Part shown: piece after piece, positions 10,954 to 19,563 of the stretch
Position numbering within the stretch: position 1 is the first letter of the stretch
Layout of the letters: each line of letters begins with the position of its first letter
Assembly: GCA_054661495.1 (NCBI GenBank)
Contig: BAAFSQ010000018.1
Location: forward strand, 1-32,000
Source: Zygophlyctis sp. KS116
Lineage: Eukaryota; Fungi; Chytridiomycota
DNA length: 32,000 bases
Direction: 5' to 3'
Notes under the pieces: model-generated
Told to the model about the DNA's origin: nothing
The model's database searches: none
The model's input: only the letters and a program-made list of their open reading frames with translations
Translations under genes and position numbers: made by a program

Positions 10954-11003
10954 CTATTTATATACATGCCGCAATGATTATTTATAGTCTGTTCTATTTA
11001 TAG
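10954..11003. promoter_or_regulatory. Cluster of MEF2-type YTA(W)4TAR sites in the mS35/kish divergent intergenic region
   Basis: CTATTTATAG 10994-11003 (exact), TTATTTATAG 10978-10987, and near-match CTATTTATAT 10954-10963. Confidence 0.4.
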
Positions 11004-11189
11004 ATGTTCTTTAAGCTTTTAAATAAAAGTAGTATTAAGAGTCAAATTTTAACTGATTTAATTTAGGTTTTTAAGGGATTTAATTTAGGTCTAAGAATTT
11101 TGACTTTAGGTTTATGAAATCTATAGGTTTATGAAATTTCTACACTCGGGTTCATGAAACACTAGGTTTTTAAAGGGTTATAGGAGTAA

Positions 11190-11434
11190 ATGTCTGCATT
11201 GTTCCATTTTGAATCTCTGCTTCTAGTTATACTATTACTAATCTGTACTTGTACATACTTGCACGCACAATTTCCTTCTTTACTAGATCGTAATAAGCAT
11301 GGGTAATTTCTTTATATAATTCTAGATTTATGGGAGTGTTTTGGAAGGCTGCTAGGGTGGGAGAGCGATTGTCTCCATATGTATCAATGGCATGCATAGT
11401 AATGGCTATACGTATTTTTATTAATGGAAATTAA
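11190..11434 (+). CDS. KSH1: Protein kish (TMEM167), 73 aa; 23-nt intron 11303-11325; absent from the ORF track
   Basis: Spliced product [73 protein letters not shown] carries the kish signatures LLICTCTY and [12 protein letters not shown]. Confidence 0.95.
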
Positions 11435-11442
11435 ATTTTTTT

Positions 11443-11859
11443 TTATAATCTTCTTTTTTTAGGTGGTCGACATCCTTTATGTCTATGAGCTGTAACATCT
11501 GAAATTCTTAATATTTTCCATCCAGAAGATGCTATAGTTCTAAAAGCTTGTTCTCTTCCACTTCCAAATCCTTTAAATTTAATATGAAATCCAGATTTAG
11601 GATCTACATTTTTAATTGATGCTCTCTTGATTAATTCAATTAATGCAACATTTCCAGAGTCTGGAGTCTTTTTTCTAGAATTTTTTAGACCACAACTTCC
11701 TGCAGACGTTGTTGTAATTACTCGATTATTAAAATCTGTAAGACAAGCAATGGTATTATTTTTAGTACATTGGACATGAATAGTATGATATTTTGGAACT
11801 ACCATTCCCATGGAATTTTGTAAAAAGGATGAAGAATAGCATCGAATGAAGCGATTCAT
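11443..11859 (-). CDS. MRPS11: Mitochondrial ribosomal protein uS11m
   Basis: IHVQCTKNNTI, SAGSCG, KGFGSGRE and ISDVT..HKGCRPPKKRRL. Presequence-like MNRFIRCYSS from ATG 11859 (the track's 11874 start is TTG). Confidence 0.9.
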   Translation of the reverse strand: MNRFIRCYSSSFLQNSMGMVVPKYHTIHVQCTKNNTIACLTDFNNRVITTTSAGSCGLKNSRKKTPDSGNVALIELIKRASIKNVDPKSGFHIKFKGFGSGREQAFRTIASSGWKILRISDVTAHRHKGCRPPKKRRL

Positions 11860-11950
11860 TTTTTGGTTTTTCAAGGCCCAGACCTATAAATTGACGGTGA
11901 AACCATTGGTCTTTAGTGAATGAGGGGTGATTATACTAAAATTTAATATT

Positions 11951-12495
11951 GATGATTGTCATTCAAGTAAGACAGCAACGGATTTAAAAGGATCTGATTT
12001 ATATGCAAGAAAGAGGATGGCAAAATATGTTCAAGTAATGGTGATTGTGTTCACGGTAGCTGTACAATTGGAACGTGCAGTCCGAGACGAGAATTTTTGG
12101 GAAACTGCCTAGAGAATGATGATTGTCAAAGTGGATTGTCATGTTTTTATTCTAAATGCAAGAAAAATGATGGCCAAACATGTTCAATTGATCTTGATTG
12201 TATTAGTCTCATCTGTACAAAGGGAACGTGCGGTCCGAGACTAGGAGCTTTTGAAAATTGCCAAGTTACTGATGACTGTCACTATGGATTATTATTAGGG
12301 CTTACCAATGCGTTCCCATTCCTGGTCGTGTTCCATGAAACATTTAACAGTTTACAGAAATGTCAATCTGGTTTAAGATGTAAGGATAACAATTGCAAGA
12401 GAAAGAATGGCTAAAAATGTTAAATAAATGATGATTGTGTCGACGACATGTTTACAATGGCAAAGTGCGTTCCGAGAGCAGGGGGTTTAGGCTAG
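11951..12495 (+). pseudogene. Decayed Cys-rich repeat (Dickkopf-N-like) protein gene
   Basis: Three related units CK(K/R)xxGxxCxxxxDCxxxx(C)xxxxCxPR in one frame. The third is interrupted by TAA 12412 and TAA 12421, there is a TGA at 11995, and I find no usable start or signal peptide. Confidence 0.7.
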
Positions 12496-12701
12496 AACTT
12501 GAAGGACTTTAGCTAAGCTTATTATCTTGTATTATGAACTTCTTTTCTGTAGTTGATTTGAAATGTTAATAGTAGAGTTGTTCAGATAAACAAAGATTAT
12601 CTAGTAAACTAAAAAATTAGATTTTACATTTGATTCTACTTACAATGCGATTATATAGACTGAAACTAACTTGCATTCAGCTGATCATCTTTACCATTTC
12701 G

Positions 12702-13140
12702 ATGGATGCCCCTCCCGTAGCCCCCACCAGTATTTCTATCATTCCTCATGGAATAAGCGCAATGGCTGTCGGTAATCCAGTGCAGGTGAGTCAAGATTTT
12801 AAACATTTTGATCCCAAGAGAGCTATCAATAGACCGCATCTAAATAATGTCGCTCAGGATCATTACGTTTCACTAAAGAATCGTAAGAGTGCGGCGATGC
12901 CCAACACTCCCAAAATAATAATGTTTGATAAAAATCGTTATGAAGAGGATTCAGTTTCTGAAGTACGATTCAGGTTGGGATGATGATTATGACTCCATCT
13001 TTGAAGATGATCAGTTAGATTATGTTTCTGAAGATGAACATTATGTAGTTCCAGAATCTGTGGCTGCAATGGACTTATTGCAGGATGAAGCAAGGCAAGG
13101 AGATTTACTAGGAAATAGTGCAGAATTTTTAATGGCATAG
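12702..13140 (+). pseudogene. Probable decayed gene of unknown family (acidic, frameshifted)
   Basis: Protein-like ORF MDAPPVAP... passes into an acidic D/E/Y-rich ORF in another frame near 12963 with no suitable intron. Several stops follow. Confidence 0.4.
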
Positions 13141-13680
13141 GAAGTCACCAAGTGAAGAGAATGATTTGTTGTTAGAGCTTTCAGAACTTTATAAAGGCGA
13201 GACAGAGTTTGGAGAGTCCTCATCGACAACATTGGAACAAGTTTCTAAATGTTTGTTGAATAGAAATTTAGAGATTTCCTCATGTCCGGGAGTAACCCAA
13301 TGCAGATTGATCATGTACCTGTTGTAAAATTGCAGTACAAACTTTCCGTGCATGAGACTCCACAATCGAATGTAAAAGTTGATGCTTTCCCTTATTATGA
13401 TAAATTCCATACTCTTGTTCTTCTTAATAATACTTTATGCATCACAAACACCCTCCTTCTAACATTTGATGTTATTCGTCTTCTTTTTGTATTCTTGTTT
13501 CTTCTGATTTGACCATCGGCATATATATTGCTGATAAGTACCATATTTTGCGACTTGTCAATCTGAACAGCATCTTTCCTGGACCCAAATGTGGTTTAAA
13601 TCGTAGACTTCTTATCAGCCCTGTCATCAATGGCTAGATCAACGGTAGGACCCGCAATGTGAAACTTTTCTCATCAAAAA

Positions 13681-14620
13681 ATGTCAAAAAAGCTCTGGGT
13701 TGCATATGAAGCGCTTGCAAAGAGATTTATTGACAAAGTCTCCATTGAAGGATGCTCTGATGTGGCTGACTTTAAAGGTACTATTGGCAATTTAAACTAA
13801 TTTTCTAGATGAAATAAAAAAAAAGTTTGAAATCAGTGGGCCTGCATCTCATCTCTCTCTCTACAAATCTGATGGAACTACTGAAATTGATGTTGGAGAA
13901 TCTCCTTCTTTATTTGTGAATGTAAATTCTAGAGGAAATCCTCTCATTGTTAAACCTGTGGTCTCCTCTCAAGTCTCTAGTCTTCAAAACAATTTTTCCT
14001 CAAAAGTTTCCATGGTTTTGCAATCCACCATGACGACTGAGGAAAAAGAATCTATCTTGAAGGATATTTTTGAAGTACAATCCAAAGACAAACTGCTACA
14101 ATCTAAAGATGAATCACTACAATCTAAAGATGAATCACTACAATCTAAAGATGGTTTACTTGTAGCATTGGAAAGGGAAACGCTAGGCATCAAAGCAGAG
14201 CGTGATTTTTTAAAGGGAACTTTGGATGCTCGTCATATTTTTGAAAATTACGAGGCCCGATTCAAGAAGCCGGATCCAAAAGGCCCAAAGCTTACAAGAG
14301 CGGCAAGGTGGGATCAGCATCTTAAGTTGAATCCAAACATCCTGAAAAAGTTTGAAGAGTGTAACCATGACGACAAGGAAATACTTTGGCCAAATAAAGC
14401 TGTAGAAATTTATCACGAGTTATGCAGAAACATTCATCAACGAACCATAGAAATTGGAAATGGAAAGTATATCGTGATGATTGAAAAAGCACTTCCTAAA
14501 ACTTCTTCTTGTTTTGTAAAGGTACTAGCTAAGGAATTGTACGGGGAAAGTGTTTCAGTTGAAGAAGATACATTTATATTGAGTGGAGATCCTTCAGAAA
14601 CGGAACCATCTTCTGTATAG
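13681..14620 (+). CDS. Crinkler (CRN)-like protein: ubiquitin-like header, coiled coil and unknown C-terminal domain (31-nt intron 13778-13808)
   Basis: Spliced N-terminus MSKKLWVAYE...KVSIEGCSDVADFKDEIKKKF...HLSLY...EIDVG...NSRGNPLIVK resembles CRN headers (V.DLK..IK, L.L[YF], terminal hydrophobic strand). It reads in frame into ORF 13916-14620. Confidence 0.7.
14096..14152 (+). repeat. 21-bp coding heptad repeat (LQSKDES, about 3 units)
   Basis: ctacaatctaaagatgaatca repeated. Confidence 0.9.
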
Positions 14621-14831
14621 CTGTCAAATGTAAGGTTTGCTTTCAGATGACTGATTAGTGCTTCATTGTTGAATAAATTGCTTTTCCTACGAGTTTGAGA
14701 ATTGACATTGAGATCATCTAGGCTTTCAGCTGTTTGGTAAAAGATTTAATTTCTTTTCAATATGAAACTAACTAATAAAAAGCAACTCTACGCAAACGTT
14801 TTTATTTCAATGAGAAGAGGATTTAGCAATC

Positions 14832-14900
14832 AATACAGCACTCATTTCCTAACCAGCTCATGGTGATCATTTGGAAATCACTGTCTTCCTGCTAGAGTAT
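14832..14900 (+). pseudogene. Ankyrin-repeat relic
   Basis: NTALIS*PAHGDHLEITVFLLEY resembles the ankyrin consensus TALHxAAxxGHLEIVxxLL, with an in-frame TAA at 14850. Confidence 0.45.
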
Positions 14901-15286
14901 CTTCAGCAGGAACTATCTCTCAAAGGTTCTGTACTGCACGCATTAGTAGTTTGCAGAAAAATTGTCAGAGTGTTGCGGCAAACAGACAATTATCCCTATG
15001 ATTCAAGTCCTATTGACTCTAGATTCACTGAATCAATGAAAGTTGGATTGTGGAACAATCAGACCATTTTGACTGCTACTAGTCAAGATTTCTTAACCTG
15101 GTTGTCCTATTGCGTAACGGTTTCACGAATAAAACAAGATTGACAATCCTGCATTTCATGATGAGTGGTAGCATCGAGGGAGGAATGCATTTTAAACATA
15201 ATCATTCCTTGATAAAATTACACAATTCAGTAGAGAGCGCCAACAGTGAAATGAGAACATACTCACCTAGGCCCATTAAATTTTCA

Positions 15287-16234
15287 ATGCAATTGTCAGA
15301 TCGTCAATTAGAATTGCTTAAATCACTCAGGAATGCTCCCTCTCAGACACTAGATGCAGATAATTTATTAAAGGAATTAGAGTACTGGACAATGAATGAG
15401 ATCATGCAAGAGATTAATGCATTATCAGGGACTTTTATTCAAGTTTTGACTGTCAAGGGGAAACCGGTCTTTAAGGCCTTGGATGATGATGAAGTTGAAA
15501 AGACTCTGGGAATGTCGGAATCAGAGCGAATCATTTATAATATTATCAAATCTGCTAATAACAAGGGGATTTGGATTAAGGATATAAAATCAAAATCCAA
15601 TCTTCATACACAATTAGTCAACTCAAATATTAAAGCTTTAGAGAAAAAGGGAATTATTAAATCAGTAAAATCAGTTAAAACTCCTACTAAAAAAGTCTAT
15701 ATGTTGACGGAATTAGAACCTTCAATTGAACTTACTGGTGGGGCTTGGTATACGGATCAGGAATTGGATGTAGAATTTATAGATCAATTATCAAATCAGT
15801 TATACAAATTCATCGCGTCAAAGAGTTTTCCTCTAGATTCAAAGGATGCCATATATCCAGCAAACTATAAAGGATATCCAACAATAGAAGTATTACATAA
15901 ATGGATTAGGAAATCAGGGATCACTTCTATAGAGTTATCTTTTGAAGATGTGGCTTGTTTATTAGATAGGTTAGTTTATGATGGAAAAGTTGTTAAACTT
16001 GAAAGGCAGGATTTTTCTCATACAATGGATGAAGACTCTGAAGATGAAACAAGAAAAGATATGAGTCATTTAATGTGGATGTTTAAAGCTACCAAATATA
16101 TACGTGATAATGGTAACTCCTATTCAGATATACCATGTGGAAGTTGTCCGGTTTTTGAATTTTGTAAACAAGGCGGACCAGTTAACCCAGAAGAATGTGT
16201 TTATTTAAGTAGCTGGTTAGCCCAAGACTTTTAG
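15287..16234 (+). CDS. RPC34: RNA polymerase III subunit RPC34/RPC6
   Basis: NKGIWIKDIK, LEKKGIIKSVKSV, KKVYML.ELEPS.ELTGGAWY and the C-terminal Fe-S motif PCGSCPVFEFC...PEECVY. Start placed at ATG 15287. Confidence 0.95.
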   Translation: MQLSDRQLELLKSLRNAPSQTLDADNLLKELEYWTMNEIMQEINALSGTFIQVLTVKGKPVFKALDDDEVEKTLGMSESERIIYNIIKSANNKGIWIKDIKSKSNLHTQLVNSNIKALEKKGIIKSVKSVKTPTKKVYMLTELEPSIELTGGAWYTDQELDVEFIDQLSNQLYKFIASKSFPLDSKDAIYPANYKGYPTIEVLHKWIRKSGITSIELSFEDVACLLDRLVYDGKVVKLERQDFSHTMDEDSEDETRKDMSHLMWMFKATKYIRDNGNSYSDIPCGSCPVFEFCKQGGPVNPEECVYLSSWLAQDF

Positions 16235-16236
16235 AG

Positions 16237-17898
16237 TTACTCGAAGTTTTCTTCATGAAAGGAGAATACGATATTTTTTGATGAAGAAAGTTTAGCTTGT
16301 TTCTTTACTGCTTTTCCCATGACTGGAGGTCCACAAAAATATATTCCTATATCATTTACAGAAGATGGATCTGGAGTAATTTCACTCTTTATACAATCAA
16401 ATAATTTGTCCCATTGAGGTCGTCCAATCAGTGTTTTACTTTTGAGTTGAGTTATTGGATCAAAATCTTTTGAATCGTTTAGCATAATATTTGTTAAACT
16501 TTCAACGCCCATTTTACCAGTCAGAAAAATCCTACTCTGAACAAATGATTCTGGCACATGTTCCTCTAAATAATATAGAAGACTTTGAAACCAAGCGATA
16601 TCCTGCATATCACGGCAAACCCAAATTAAATGTAATTTCTCCAATTTCATTGGTGCTTTACGCATATAAGCATACCATATAGCTTTTAAAAGACCAGCAG
16701 ATGGAGTTACACCAATCCCAGCACTTATAAGTACTGAAGTTTTGTGAGTAAACAAATCTTGCGCCGGTGCACCATACGGCCCATCAATTCTTATACTTGG
16801 AAATCCCACATTTTCACCCTTTTCTGAATTTTCTTTTGAAACTAGATCATAGAGTGCATTCGTCCAATCCCCAACAACTTTTACATGAATAGACGAGAAC
16901 CCTTCCTGTGGAGTAGAAGAAATTGTAAATGGATGCCATTGAAACTTTGAAATTTCTGGAATATTTACATATAAATATTGTCCAGGATTATAATTCATTG
17001 AAAACTTTTCAAACCGTATTTCAATGACTTTGCCGGGATGTAGAATAACATCACTAATATTTGTATCTTCTCTTGATCTCCAAACTCTTATCAGTCTATC
17101 CAAAAGAAAAATGAAAAATGCAGGAGTTATGTAATACTTTGTGTTATAGCCCTTACATTGCCCATCGGGTGAATGAAACAAACATCCAAAGGAATGTAAG
17201 AATAGGCAAATATAAAATATCACATACAAATGATGAGTATGTATGAATATTTCAAATTTAAGTTTCCTAACCAACTTTGCAGCAGTAGTAAACATGAAGA
17301 ATATCACATACACCATTACATGTCCGGTAATCCCCGCAAATGATTCATAATGCAATCCCCATGTTGTAGCAGAAGTTAGCGTTGAATAATTTTTCCTGAA
17401 CTGTTCCTGGTTTTTCGATCCTGATAGATAATTTTGAAAATGGCCTGGTAACTTAAACATATTGGCGTAATGACCATCTTTCATTAGGTAAATCAAGCTT
17501 ACTTATATGCAGCAAAGTAAAAAATAACATTGAGTAAGCAGTAACTTTATGCAGAAAAATGTTATTATCCAAAGGAAGCCATGCATTTACTATCGGCGAT
17601 CGGACAACTCTTATAAGATTTCGGCAAGTAGGAAGCCTTGGTAATTAGTTTAAAAAACTTACAATAACAATGTACAGTCAAAGCATAAAACCAATCCGGC
17701 AGCTCTTGAAAGTAGAACCGAATTCCCGATGGAGTTATAAGCTTCCATCTCTGAATCATTCTTTTGCTTGAACCATCCAAAGGTAAATAGTGCAACATGG
17801 ATGCAAACATACAGAATCCAAAATACAAATGATCGGACAGTGCTGGAAAAGTAGTCTTGGAAATGCACTTGCAGAACAGGATCAATCTTTTCAAACAT
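16237..17898 (-). CDS. noxA: NADPH oxidase catalytic subunit, NoxA/Nox1 (gp91phox-like), about 536 aa; introns 17637-17662 and 17478-17502
   Basis: Spliced SRAAGLVL..LLLLPTCRNL; heme His pairs FLHKVTAYSMLFFTLLH and HTHHLYVIFYICLFLH; FAD motifs WHPFTISS and IDGPYGAP; NADPH motifs AGIGVTP, YFCGP and HEENF. No EF-hands and no long N-terminal extension. Confidence 0.95.
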
Positions 17899-17963
17899 AC
17901 CTATGAACTATAAATAGATCTCGCTTAATATAGAACGCAGAATCTATAAATAGATCTGGTAAA
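17899..17963. promoter_or_regulatory. 65-bp bidirectional promoter with two exact CTATAAATAGATCT copies (MEF2/Rlm1-type core)
   Basis: 14-mer at 17908-17921 and 17944-17957, with near-match CTTAATATAG at 17924-17933 between them. Confidence 0.7.
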
Positions 17964-18977
17964 ATGGCTAATGTCAATCAACTAAGCCAATGGAATGCAG
18001 CTCATAATGAATTTCTGAATAAAAATTATGCAAAGGCATTGGAAGTATATGAAGGAATCAGCCACTTATCCAGGATTTCATTCAATATGGGCTCAATATA
18101 TTGTTTATTGACTGATTATGAAAATGCTATTAAATGTTTTACTAAATCTATTCTATCGGATGAATATCAACTAGTATCTTTATTTCAAAGAGGGAATTTA
18201 TACTTTTCCATGTCGGTACTTGATATGGCAGTTCAGGATTATACAAGGATGTTGGAAATATTACATGATGATTGCAACTATTCTCAAATAGGATTGGAAT
18301 ATAAATTATACATAGCAGAAGTACTATTTAATAGGGCGCTATGTTATCTTGGGCTTGAAGAAAGAGAAAAGGCTCAACAAGATTTAATTGATGCGAACTC
18401 TGCAGCCTTTTTAAATATTCATTACAAAAGTATAGAACAAGTAGGATTTTATTCTCAAATCTTTATGATGAAAAGTGGGATTCAGTTTACTATTCCAAGT
18501 TATAAAACAGAAAATCTATCTGCAAAAACATATTTACAAAATGCAAAATCTATCCGAGGAACAGAATCTAATTTCTTGGGATTTATTGGATCTGCTCCAA
18601 TGCTTCCTAAAAATGTATTTTTTACAGGATCTAGAGGAAAAAGTGTTTTCCGAAAGTCTATATCTGCACCTGGATTATCTGGATTATCTGGATTATCTAA
18701 TGTTTCTAAAAATCTTGAACCAAATCAACCTGAATCAAATCAAAATGAATTAAGAGAAATATATGTCCCAACTCTTCTGGACAAGACTGGAACTATTCAA
18801 GTCAACTCAAAATCTTTGGGATTCTTCAAAACTAGACAAAAAGCTGAAGAGGCTTGTAAAAATTATATACTCTCTTCTCTAGGAGATAATGACGCTGCCT
18901 CAAATGTAGATTGGTTTGAAAAAGGGTGGGAGTATGGTGGACTTCAACTCTATATACAAATTCAAAAAATCTGTTGA
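17964..18977 (+). CDS. noxR: NADPH oxidase regulator NoxR (p67phox-like TPR plus activation domain)
   Basis: SRISFNMG, DEYQLVSLFQRG, NYSQIGLEYKLYIAEVLFNRALCY and KTENLSAKTYLQNAKSI correspond to NoxR/p67phox SKILFN.G, D.YLAVAYFQ.G, DY.QLGL.FKLY..EVLFNRGLCY and KVKNLK.KDYLGKA. Confidence 0.9.
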   Translation: MANVNQLSQWNAAHNEFLNKNYAKALEVYEGISHLSRISFNMGSIYCLLTDYENAIKCFTKSILSDEYQLVSLFQRGNLYFSMSVLDMAVQDYTRMLEILHDDCNYSQIGLEYKLYIAEVLFNRALCYLGLEEREKAQQDLIDANSAAFLNIHYKSIEQVGFYSQIFMMKSGIQFTIPSYKTENLSAKTYLQNAKSIRGTESNFLGFIGSAPMLPKNVFFTGSRGKSVFRKSISAPGLSGLSGLSNVSKNLEPNQPESNQNELREIYVPTLLDKTGTIQVNSKSLGFFKTRQKAEEACKNYILSSLGDNDAASNVDWFEKGWEYGGLQLYIQIQKIC

Positions 18978-19054
18978 AATTCATTATTCCAAATAAAAAC
19001 GATCCACATTTATTCATGTCCAAAATTGCCGTGAATTTGTCTATTTTTATGATT

Positions 19055-19068
19055 CTATTTATAGATCT
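19055..19068. promoter_or_regulatory. CTATTTATAGATCT element 4 bp upstream of the noxD-like ATG
   Basis: Same CTA(W)4TAG core (reverse complement of CTATAAATAG) and same ATCT flank as in the noxA/noxR promoter; near-match CTATTTTTAT at 19041. Confidence 0.6.
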
Positions 19069-19072
19069 TTAA

Positions 19073-19469
19073 ATGAAAGAATCAGCTCTTTTAGTGCTTG
19101 CAAGAGTTCAAGCATACACAACTGCCTTTGGTAAGATTCTCAAGACTAAAGATTACAGCATATCTAAATGGAGGAATTTATTCACTTTTCTATCAAAATC
19201 AAATCAATGAAAGCTCTGTATCTGATTTACTTGACAAGTTAAATTTTTTCCAACAGAGTGGTAAAATAGCAATTGCAGTAGCTATTCTAATCATCTTCAT
19301 TAATATCTATATACTAAAGAAAGATCCCTCTAAAACACTAAAGATTCTGGTAGGGATCTGCTATCTCATTCTCGGACTGATCAGTGTCTTTCAGTTCACC
19401 CTAACCCTCCCAGGCAGTTTCCTGCTATTTACTGCCATAACAATATTTATGACTATTCCTACAAAGTAA
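19073..19469 (+). CDS. noxD: Small multi-pass membrane protein resembling p22phox/NoxD (cytochrome b558 alpha), 122 aa; 28-nt intron 19131-19158
   Basis: Spliced N-terminus MKESALLVLARVQAYTTAFAYLNGGIYSLFY resembles p22phox [20 protein letters not shown] and NoxD WARLIVLTAA...AIEGFFW. It has 3-4 hydrophobic helices, a matching size, and sits next to noxA/noxR. The similarity is weak and judged by eye. Confidence 0.62.
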
Positions 19470-19563
19470 CATGTAAATGTTAAAAAAACAATTTCTTATA
19501 TGTCTTTATAGAAAATCATTAAAAGTCTGAGAGTTGGGTGTCTAGGCTAGAGGCAAGTTTAAA

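Noticed and set aside
11443-11874. Bacterial rpsK or an organelle-derived insert
   Set aside because: It has a presequence-like N-terminus, lacks rpsM/rpoA neighbours and sits among intron-containing nuclear genes.
12412-12423. In-frame TAA codons (here, at 14850 and at 30462) as stop-codon reassignment to Gln
   Set aside because: TAA, TAG and TGA all end conserved genes at the expected C-termini, and conserved exons contain no internal stops. Decay explains these cases better.
15110-15286. 59-aa N-terminal extension of RPC34
   Set aside because: It starts at TTG, shows no recognisable similarity and overlaps decayed island sequence. ATG 15287 fits the family length better.
19098-19158. Track N-terminus MQEFKHTQLPLVRFSRLKIT for the small membrane protein
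   Set aside because: It begins at TTG and reads through a clear GTAAGA...CTAA...CAG intron. ATG 19073 plus splicing gives a better model.
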